Positions 19,497 to 27,034 of a DNA stretch of 64,000 bases are shown in pieces (positions within the stretch are counted from its first letter, which is position 1; each line of letters opens with the position of its first letter). The DNA is from Candidatus Hydrogenedentota bacterium (GTDB lineage Bacteria > Hydrogenedentota > Hydrogenedentia > Hydrogenedentales > SLHB01), in NCBI GenBank assembly GCA_963674865.2, contig CAXXYE010000004.1, positions 544,001 through 608,000 of the forward strand. The letters run 5' to 3'. The position numbers and the translations under genes were made by a program. The notes under the pieces were generated by a model that searched no databases, was not told the DNA's origin, and was given only the letters and a program-made list of their open reading frames with translations.

Positions 19497-20246
19497 ATGC
19501 TCAAACCCGCCGCCGCAATCGCCTGTCTCCTGCTCGTCACCTCCCTGTCCTACGCCGCGCCCCCCGAAGGCGAAGGATGGGAATTCCTATTCAACGGCAC
19601 AGACCTCACCGGCTGGAAGATCCCGCAGGAAGGGAAGATCTGGAAGGTCGTCGAAGGCGTCATCGATTGCAATCCCCGAACCGATATCGAAGGCGAGAAA
19701 CACCTGTGGTCGCAGCGCGACTTCGGCGACTTCGCCCTCCACATCGAGTGGCGACTCAAAGACACCCCCGCCGAAAACACCATGCCCAACATCCTGCCCG
19801 ACGGCTCCTACGAACTCGGCCCCGACGGCAAACCGGTGACCACGTCCCGCCCCAACGCCGATTCCGGCATCTACCTGCGCGGCTCCAGCAAGTCCCAGAT
19901 CAACATCTGGTGCTGGCCCATCGGCTCCGGCGAAATCTGGGGATACCGCACCGACAGCAAGATGCCCCCCGAAGTCCGCGCCGGCGCCACGCCCAGGTCA
20001 CACGCCGACAAACCCGTGGGCGAGTGGAACACCTTCGACATCACCATCGAAGGTGATCGCCTCACCGTAGTCCTCAATGGAACCAAAGTTATCGACAACG
20101 CCCAGCTCCCCGGAGTCCCCGCCAAAGGCCCCATCGCCCTCCAACACCACGGCGGATTCGACCCCGAGAAAGAGACATGGAACGCCGCCTCCAGCGTCGT
20201 CCAGTTCCGCAACATCTACATCCGCGAACTGAAAAGCGACTCCTGA
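19497..20246 (+). CDS. DUF1080 / 3-keto-disaccharide hydrolase family secreted protein
   Basis: LFNGTDLTGW, DSGIYLR, GEWNTFDI, GPIALQHHG, VQFRNIYI. Confidence 0.92.
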   Translation: MLKPAAAIACLLLVTSLSYAAPPEGEGWEFLFNGTDLTGWKIPQEGKIWKVVEGVIDCNPRTDIEGEKHLWSQRDFGDFALHIEWRLKDTPAENTMPNILPDGSYELGPDGKPVTTSRPNADSGIYLRGSSKSQINIWCWPIGSGEIWGYRTDSKMPPEVRAGATPRSHADKPVGEWNTFDITIEGDRLTVVLNGTKVIDNAQLPGVPAKGPIALQHHGGFDPEKETWNAASSVVQFRNIYIRELKSDS

Positions 20247-20324
20247 GCGCGGCCAGGCGCTTACGGACGGCACACGAGCCCCTTGGTGGTTTGTCTCATA
20301 AGCTCGGTGACGATCTCGACGTTC

Positions 20325-20423
20325 TGGGAGGGTCGAGCTCCCGCTCGACCGCAGACGCGCAGGAGCGCGTCCCTCCCTTCACCTCTGCCCGCGACGTCAT
20401 GCCCGCGAGAAGCGGGCATCCAG
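20325..20423. repeat. GGAGGG-type REP followed by a GTCATGCCCGCG...GCGGGCATCCAG REP
   Basis: Two adjacent GC-rich palindromes. Confidence 0.6.
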
Positions 20424-20457
20424 AAACACGTCGTCGAAACAGTCCGAAAAGACGGCC

Positions 20458-20641
20458 CTAGTGTTCTGACTCATAATTGACATCGCTTATCTGGAGATGA
20501 AGAAGCGCCAAGAATGAGCGAAAAACGGGGACTGACACAAGCGAAGTCCGCCTTAGGCGGACGAAGACGTGTCTGTCCCTGCTTTTCGCCTCGCTTCTCG
20601 CGGCAAGAATAAGACGCCATCAGCGTGAGTCATACCACTAG
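20458..20641. mobile_element. 184-bp MITE-like element bounded by CTAG, containing a REP-A palindrome
   Basis: Left end CTAGTGTTCTGACTCA; right end (reverse complement) CTAGTGGTATGACTCA; no ORF. Confidence 0.7.
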
Positions 20642-20810
20642 GTTGGCTTAGGCGCGCTTGTTCCCCCGCGTCCCCGCAGGAGTCTCGGGATAGCTTCCAG
20701 GCTATAGGCTTGCGTTCTTTCTAGCGCGCAGTAAGTCCCGTTTCATTGGCGGACGCCGGCGAAGCGAGTGTTTGCGGTTCTGTCTAGAGCCTGTGAGACA
20801 ACGCCGGAGG

Positions 20811-20862
20811 AAAAGGGGACATGTTCCAAGCCCCGTCCCCGGCGCGACCACGTGTTCCCGTT
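20811..20862. repeat. REP-B palindrome (copies 48229-48275, 51582-51634, 52084-52128)
   Basis: GGGGACATGTTCCAAGC.CCGTCCCCGGCGCGAC.ACGTGT.CCC. Confidence 0.85.
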
Positions 20863-20921
20863 CCCGCCCGCTCCTCCCCGTAGCGCCCCGTTCTACTTGT
20901 CTAAGTTATCCCCCTTAAGCC

Positions 20922-20950
20922 TTGACAACCTACGAAAAGTGATATAGGCT
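20922..20950 (+). promoter_or_regulatory. Sigma70-type promoter of the two-gene membrane protein/ATPase unit
   Basis: TTGACA-17 bp-TAGGCT. Confidence 0.6.
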
Positions 20951-21006
20951 TCCCTCAGCGGGGGACCCCCAAACGGCGCAGTATAGGGAATGGGCAAACT
21001 CGTTAC

Positions 21007-21678
21007 ATGCAACGCACTGAACATAGAGGCCGGCACGGCCGCACAAAGGAACCAGTCACGGTGAAGGTTTTGGTGAAGCGTCAACGAACTCGACTTGGAA
21101 CCGTGGCTGTGTTGCTTGCGTGCAACGTCATGCTCGGCCTACTCATATTCATCGAGTACCACACGGTTCAAGAGCCCCAGGTCTGGCGTCCATGGCCGTA
21201 TGCCAAAGACTTCCTGACCCTCGAAGTCGCCCTATGCGCACTTCTCTCCCCAGCCTTTCGGCGGCGGGACTTCCGCGTTCACTTGGACCCCACCTGCACC
21301 TCTGATACTGGGCAAGATACTGGAACCCTCGAGGCCACCTATCGGCTCCACGCCTCGTCCAGCAGCAAGACGCCCCCTTTAATGCGCGTCACCGATGTCC
21401 GACCGATAATCTCTGAAGTCATTGATGTGGAGGATGCCAACTGTCAAACGCCGAAGTCAGTAGATGTGAGGGTTGAGCCCGAGAACATCCGCAAGACGCC
21501 ATGCGGCCTACCAACGGACCTCGCCCTCGTTATCGGCCCAAGCGACAGTGCAACCGTACCCCACAACTCGCACCCCTGGAGATGCACAGGTATTATCGTT
21601 ATCGAGTTTTGTGTCTGCTTCTCGGATGGATCAGAGATGGTTGAGGTCAGAGTACCCGTGAATTCAGTCATAGGATGA
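21007..21678 (+). CDS. Hypothetical membrane-anchored protein
   Basis: Hydrophobic LGTVAVLLACNVMLGLLIFI segment; ends 9 bp before the ATPase start; true start may be GTG 21061 or TTG 21070. Confidence 0.55.
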   Translation: MQRTEHRGRHGRTKEPVTVKVLVKRQRTRLGTVAVLLACNVMLGLLIFIEYHTVQEPQVWRPWPYAKDFLTLEVALCALLSPAFRRRDFRVHLDPTCTSDTGQDTGTLEATYRLHASSSSKTPPLMRVTDVRPIISEVIDVEDANCQTPKSVDVRVEPENIRKTPCGLPTDLALVIGPSDSATVPHNSHPWRCTGIIVIEFCVCFSDGSEMVEVRVPVNSVIG

Positions 21679-21687
21679 GGTGATGCT

Positions 21688-23931
21688 ATGAAACTAACGA
21701 AGCGGCCGCACCGCCTTTGCGCGAGTCGCAATCGTCTCTTCGGCAGGAACCGGCTATTGGCAGATCTCTTGCCGGAAGATTTGGAGGACTACTTCGGTGA
21801 CATCATACAAGACACGGCCCTTCTCTCAAGCGCATACGTGGAAGAGCGGTACACGTCTGACAAGAACAGCGCAATGAATCGGAAGTATCCGGCAGAGTTT
21901 CCGGACAATGCCGCTTGCGCCTACAACACGCGAACCGGTCGATGGCGGCGATTGCCTGCGAATTCCGCGCTTCAGAAGGCATATGGCGATCAGATCAAGG
22001 ACAAGATGGAACTCACTCTGCTCACGGTACTTGACCGTATCGCCCGTCAGCAGAGCCGCATCAGACGTTCTGCAGTGTCTGTCGACCTCCCCTTGAACCG
22101 CATGGCCTTCCTCCAAGGCGGCATTGGGAGCGGAAAGACAACTCTCCTTCACCATTTCCACCGCGTCCTATTGCCAAAGCTCGATGGGGAACGACCGCAC
22201 TCAACTAAGTTCTTCTTCGCAATCATAGACTTCAACAACGTTGACATCGAGCAGGACTCCCAGAAGGCCAAGAACGACGTCATCGACGCCGTCCGCACGG
22301 TCGTCGAAAAAGATGCTATGCTTGAGTCCGTGGAGGCGTGGGGACTACTTGCCCGTCCGGAATTGTATGATGAAGCGGGATGCCTGCGCCCGGCAATCGC
22401 GACAAGTGCCAACCCGGAGCGCGAGAAGCGACGGATTATCCACAGGGCTTCAAACAGCACAGTTTTCCTCCAACGCGCCTCGCGCCACATTGCAGGGATG
22501 CCGCGCCCCGGCATCCCGGTTATCGTCTATGACAACCTCGATTCTCAACCGGTGTTGCGTCAGCTGGCCTTCATCCGTCATCTACAGCACCTCTTAACAA
22601 GTATTCCTTCAGCTATCGGCGTCGTCTCGGTGCGAGAAAGAACTCTTGGCCATCTGTGCTCTCTCGGCGCCTTCATGGCATTTGGACACCTCAAGAAGAT
22701 GCACATGACGACACCCGTGCTCCCGGATCTTATCCAGAAACGCTTCGACAGACTCCTTGCAACCTGGGATCCCTCGATGTATTCCGGCCCGGAGATTCTG
22801 ATCTCCGAGAGAGCTTCAATTAGTGAATACGATCTGCGCGAGATACTTGCGCACATCAGCAGTGCCTTCCTGCCTCGCCAGAAGCAGACCCGCGTAAGCA
22901 GCCGCATCAGGGATTCGTTTGGGCACGAGAGCGTGGATGAATTCCTCCACAATGCAACGAACTCTAACGCTCGACAGGCCATCAGCCTCGTTGTCGAAGG
23001 CCTGCAATCCTGGGCGCTCAGGTACGAGCGCCCCATCAGAGACTACGTTGTCAGACGGGATCTCGATCAGCAACACAAGCTGGCTCCTATTGGGGTTGAC
23101 GAACTCGTGAGACTGGCGGCGGTAGGCCAGTGGAGACTCTACGACCACGGGCAGAACGAGTTTATACAGAACGTGTTCGGTTGGGGCTCGCATATGCCGA
23201 ACTCGACGGAGGGCAGGTTCCCCCTTCTGTTAGTGTACCGAATGCTGCAGTTCTTTGTCAGCCACGGCGACCATGTTCCGAAGGCGAGAGTGTACGGTGA
23301 CTTGCGGTGGCTTGGATACAGACAACACGAGATATCCGAACTCCTGGAGTGGCTTATTGACCGCGGGTTCGTGGAATCTTACGAAGGCCCGTGTCTGGAT
23401 CGAGTTTCGGTGCTCTACACAACAAGAAAGACGTGGTTCTACTTCCATTTCTTCTCGAAAATGCTTGTTTACCTGGAACACATGCGAAACGATTCCATGA
23501 TCGAGTATGAAGCAAACCCCCACGATTTTGATTCCGATATGGTCACCGATGCTCACTCTGTATTCGAGTTCATCGAATATGTCTTGGATCAGGAGGAGCG
23601 TGAGTATGCGTTCGTTCGGACCAAGAAGAAACCCCACCTGAAGCTCTACAAAAAGATTGTTGCCGATCAACCGTTGTCCTGGAAACTGCTCCGTAGCGTG
23701 ACGAGAAGGCTAAATGATTTGGCGACATACATGCCAAACATGTTCCCAGAGTCTGAGCGTCCTAGATTGGCGAGGCACTGCCGATACATGAAGGCGATTG
23801 TTCTGGGCAAAGCCGAGAACGGTGACATCTGGCCACCAACTTGCCCAGGTCGGGGTGATGTCCGCATCCGTTTCCCCATTGCCCCGCCGGCCAGCACGCC
23901 TGGAGGGTCTATGGCCAAGCGGGCGGAATGA
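21688..23931 (+). CDS. Large P-loop NTPase (STAND/AAA+-like) with probable C-terminal winged helix
   Basis: GGIGSGKTT Walker A, PVIVYDNLD Walker B, VVSVRERT sensor, LGYRQHEISELLEWLIDRGFVES; GAGGTG RBS. Confidence 0.8.
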   Translation: MKLTKRPHRLCASRNRLFGRNRLLADLLPEDLEDYFGDIIQDTALLSSAYVEERYTSDKNSAMNRKYPAEFPDNAACAYNTRTGRWRRLPANSALQKAYGDQIKDKMELTLLTVLDRIARQQSRIRRSAVSVDLPLNRMAFLQGGIGSGKTTLLHHFHRVLLPKLDGERPHSTKFFFAIIDFNNVDIEQDSQKAKNDVIDAVRTVVEKDAMLESVEAWGLLARPELYDEAGCLRPAIATSANPEREKRRIIHRASNSTVFLQRASRHIAGMPRPGIPVIVYDNLDSQPVLRQLAFIRHLQHLLTSIPSAIGVVSVRERTLGHLCSLGAFMAFGHLKKMHMTTPVLPDLIQKRFDRLLATWDPSMYSGPEILISERASISEYDLREILAHISSAFLPRQKQTRVSSRIRDSFGHESVDEFLHNATNSNARQAISLVVEGLQSWALRYERPIRDYVVRRDLDQQHKLAPIGVDELVRLAAVGQWRLYDHGQNEFIQNVFGWGSHMPNSTEGRFPLLLVYRMLQFFVSHGDHVPKARVYGDLRWLGYRQHEISELLEWLIDRGFVESYEGPCLDRVSVLYTTRKTWFYFHFFSKMLVYLEHMRNDSMIEYEANPHDFDSDMVTDAHSVFEFIEYVLDQEEREYAFVRTKKKPHLKLYKKIVADQPLSWKLLRSVTRRLNDLATYMPNMFPESERPRLARHCRYMKAIVLGKAENGDIWPPTCPGRGDVRIRFPIAPPASTPGGSMAKRAE

Positions 23932-24053
23932 CAGGGAAGACGGCAGGAGGCAGCGAGCCCTCCAATTCCGTTACTCTGTCCACACCTAGCACAACAATTC
24001 CGAGCCATTGTCACCCGTAGATCTCCTTCGCCTCCTCCGGTATGATGCGCCCC

Positions 24054-25625
24054 ATGGACGTCCCACCAACCACCTTCGGCCTTATTGACTGGCTCGTGCT
24101 TGCCGCCTACCTCGCCGCCATGGTGGCCATCGGCCTCGCGTTGTCCCGTAAACAGGAAGGCGTCAACACCTTCTTCCTCGGCGGGCGCAGCATGCCGGCG
24201 TGGGCCGTGTCGCTCTCCATCATCGCCACCTCCCTGAGCGCGGCCACCTTCGTCGGCGTCCCGGAAATGGCCTACGCCGGCGACCTCACCTACCTGATCC
24301 TCTATCCCGGCGGCTTCATCGGCGCCTTCATCGTGGCGTTCCTCATCCTGCCGCCCGTCTACCGCGCCGGCACCGTCACCATCTACGGCTACCTGGGCAA
24401 GCGCTTCGGCGGCTCCTCGGCGCGCGTCGCCAGCGCCGTGTTCCTCTTCGGCCGCCTGCTGGCCTCCGGCGCACGGCTCTTCATCGCCGCCATCCCCTTC
24501 GCGCTGATCCTCCACGGCGACACGGACATCCCCAGCCTCCTCGCCGCCATTCTGCTCCTCGGACTCGTCGGCACGCTCTACACCACCTGCGGCGGCATCC
24601 GCGCCGTCATCTGGACGGACGCCCTCCAGATCTTCGTCGTCATCGCGGCCGCTCTGATCAGCGTCTACATCCTTTTGGACGCCATCCCGCTGCCATTCGG
24701 CGAGATCGTCAGCGCCCTGCGCAACGCGGACGGCGTCGACAAGTTGGCCATCGTCGATACGCGCTTCGATCTCACCCGGCCCTACACCCTTTGGAGCGGC
24801 GTCATCGCGGCGACCTTCGTCAACGCCGCCTGCTACGGCACCGACCACGACCTCGCCCAGCGCATGCTCACCACCAAATCCGCATGGCGCGGCAGCGCCG
24901 CCATGATGGCCTCGAAATTCCTCGAATTGCCCGTCGTGTGCCTGTTCCTCGCGATTGGACTCCTCCTGTCTATCTACTATGGCCGTCCCGACCTCATGCT
25001 CGAGCACACGCCCTTCGACGTCGTCAGCGAGACAAAGGAGGTTTACCCCCGGTTCCTGTTGAACCACCTGCCGGCGGGCATCCGTGGACTCTCCATCGCC
25101 GGCCTACTAGCCGCCGCCATGAGCAGCTTCGACTCCGCCATCAACGCCATGGCCGCCACCGCCGTGGCCGACCTCGGCGCGCCCCGGCGCGCCCGCGCGA
25201 CATCCAAATCCGGCGCCGACTCCGTACGCGCGCCCCGCATCGCCGTCGTGGCCATGGGCCTGCTACTCACCGCCTTCGCCATGTTCGCCGTCTTCATGCA
25301 GGCCGGACAGCGTGGGGGAACGCTCATCGACTTCGCCCTCGGCGTCATGACCTTCGCCCTGGCCCCGCTCTTCGGCGTCTTCTCCGCGGCCCTCTTCACC
25401 AAACGCGGCAATGCGGCCAGCGTCATCGCCGCCCTCGCCGCCGGGATGCTCTGCGTCCTCCTCTTCCAGCCCTACATGCTCCAACGCTGGCTCCACTTCA
25501 CCCTCGCCTGGCCCTGGATCTGGGTGATTGCCAGCCCCCTCAGCTTCGCCGTCTGCATCGCCGGAAAACCGTCCACCGGGCATTCGGTAGGAATGGACGT
25601 GGAAGCGCAGCAAGAAAGGGACTGA
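24054..25625 (+). CDS. Sodium:solute symporter (SSS) family transporter
   Basis: FFLGGRSMP, SAATFVGVP, GGIRAVIWTDALQ, AAAMSSFDS. Confidence 0.93.
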   Translation: MDVPPTTFGLIDWLVLAAYLAAMVAIGLALSRKQEGVNTFFLGGRSMPAWAVSLSIIATSLSAATFVGVPEMAYAGDLTYLILYPGGFIGAFIVAFLILPPVYRAGTVTIYGYLGKRFGGSSARVASAVFLFGRLLASGARLFIAAIPFALILHGDTDIPSLLAAILLLGLVGTLYTTCGGIRAVIWTDALQIFVVIAAALISVYILLDAIPLPFGEIVSALRNADGVDKLAIVDTRFDLTRPYTLWSGVIAATFVNAACYGTDHDLAQRMLTTKSAWRGSAAMMASKFLELPVVCLFLAIGLLLSIYYGRPDLMLEHTPFDVVSETKEVYPRFLLNHLPAGIRGLSIAGLLAAAMSSFDSAINAMAATAVADLGAPRRARATSKSGADSVRAPRIAVVAMGLLLTAFAMFAVFMQAGQRGGTLIDFALGVMTFALAPLFGVFSAALFTKRGNAASVIAALAAGMLCVLLFQPYMLQRWLHFTLAWPWIWVIASPLSFAVCIAGKPSTGHSVGMDVEAQQERD

Positions 25626-25823
25626 TGCAAGCGAGCGACGTGAGGAGCGAGACGTGTCTGTCCCCTTTCTTGCGCCGAACTGCGGCCGTGTATCCTGAAA
25701 ACGATGCGGCGCCTCAAGCAAATCCAAAAGGGGACTGATGCAAGCGAGCGACGAGAGGAGCGAGACGTGTCTGTCCCTTTTCTTGCCGCAAGCTGAAAAC
25801 GATGCTGCGCCTCAGGCAAATCC
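25615..25823. repeat. Two tandem REP-A units, each followed by a copy of the convergent gene's 3' end
   Basis: AAAGGGACTGATGCAAGCGAGCGACG.GAGGAGCGAGACGTGTCTGTCCC twice; CTGAAAACGATGC.GCGCCTCA.GCAAATCC twice. Confidence 0.85.
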
Positions 25824-26822
25824 CGTCTGCGCCTGAACCGTCTCGATGAAGGCCAGCATATTCTCCAGCTGGACATCCCCCTCCACGGCGTGGGCGGGAG
25901 AGAAGATGTATCCCCCGGGCCGCCCGGCGTCGAGCAAGCGCAGCGTGTCGGCGCGCACATCGTCCGGCGTCCCGTAAGGGAGCGTCTTCTGCGTAGACAA
26001 TCCGCCGTAGAAGGCCAGGCGGCCGCGATACCGTTCGAGCAGGCCGAACACATCCATCACCTCCGGTTGGAACGGATTGAAACAGCTCAGTCCTATGGCG
26101 ATGAGGTCGTCGAAAAGCTCGTCCACCTTCCCACACGAGTGGATCATCACATGCTTGCCCGCGTCACGGACTACCCCGTACATCCGCGCCAAGACGGGCC
26201 GGATGAATTCCCGCCACACCGTTGGCCCCATCTGAAGCCCCCGCTGCTGGCCCCAGTCATCTCCGAACGCGACCGCGTCAATATCGTATTCGAGCGCCTG
26301 CCGCACCACGGCCACGTTCCAATCGCCGATCGCGTCGAGCAGCGCATGGGCGAAATCGGGATTCGCGTGGAAATCCATCATCAGATTCGCCATGCCGCGC
26401 AGCGTCCAGGCACGTTCATAGAGCGAAAAACCGATGGAAAACACCCGGAAAAGGTCCCCTTTAGCCTCAATGCACTCGGAAATGCCCTCGAAATGTGCCG
26501 GATCCGCGGCGTCAGGGAAAGTGTATCCGTCCAACGTCGCCTCACTCATGAGGCAGTTGGCGACGATGCCGATATCCTTGTCCACCGAGCGATCCCACAC
26601 CACGCCGAAGACATCCCGGTAGTTGTCCTCATCAAGCCGCTCGAAACGCTCCACCCGGCCCAGGCCGATGAGGTGGTTCTGCAGCACCCCCGCCCGCAGC
26701 CGCTCCTCGCCGTAATGCGCAGTCAGCTTTTCGCGCGCCTCCCGCGTAAACCCAAACGACCACGGCACATACGGCGGCGTTCCCCCATCCAGAACAACCT
26801 GCACCACCTCACGTTTCGTCAT
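25812..26822 (-). CDS. Uroporphyrinogen decarboxylase (UroD/MtaA-like) family protein
   Basis: YERAWTLRGM, GDDWGQQ, IHSCG, NPFQPE, GGYIFSPAH. Confidence 0.9.
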   Translation of the reverse strand: MTKREVVQVVLDGGTPPYVPWSFGFTREAREKLTAHYGEERLRAGVLQNHLIGLGRVERFERLDEDNYRDVFGVVWDRSVDKDIGIVANCLMSEATLDGYTFPDAADPAHFEGISECIEAKGDLFRVFSIGFSLYERAWTLRGMANLMMDFHANPDFAHALLDAIGDWNVAVVRQALEYDIDAVAFGDDWGQQRGLQMGPTVWREFIRPVLARMYGVVRDAGKHVMIHSCGKVDELFDDLIAIGLSCFNPFQPEVMDVFGLLERYRGRLAFYGGLSTQKTLPYGTPDDVRADTLRLLDAGRPGGYIFSPAHAVEGDVQLENMLAFIETVQAQTGFA

Positions 26823-27034
26823 CCACCGTTCCTCCCGCCGGTAACATCATACAAGCCAATAAACGTGTCATCGGCACGCACATTCTATCATCCCTTTGAG
26901 ACACACCCTGTGCGTTCCCGTCCCAGCGGGCCACGCCAGCGGCCTGGGCCTTCCAATCCTCGGGGCGACGGCCTACACTGTCTGCATGGCCAAAGGCGAG
27001 GCGCGTCATTTGGACACACCTAGGAGAACAGCTG

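Noticed and set aside
20985..21030. c-di-GMP-I riboswitch (GGCAAAC seed)
   Set aside because: The downstream GAAA tetraloop stem and GCAAAG elements are absent.
15733..23931. Integrative element at tRNA-Ala
   Set aside because: No integrase and no duplicated tRNA 3' end (att site) was found; the genes next to the tRNA have host-like codon usage.
2294..26822. Calling the two UroD-family genes hemE
   Set aside because: They lack the RQAGR motif of true uroporphyrinogen decarboxylase and belong to the expanded uncharacterised subfamily.
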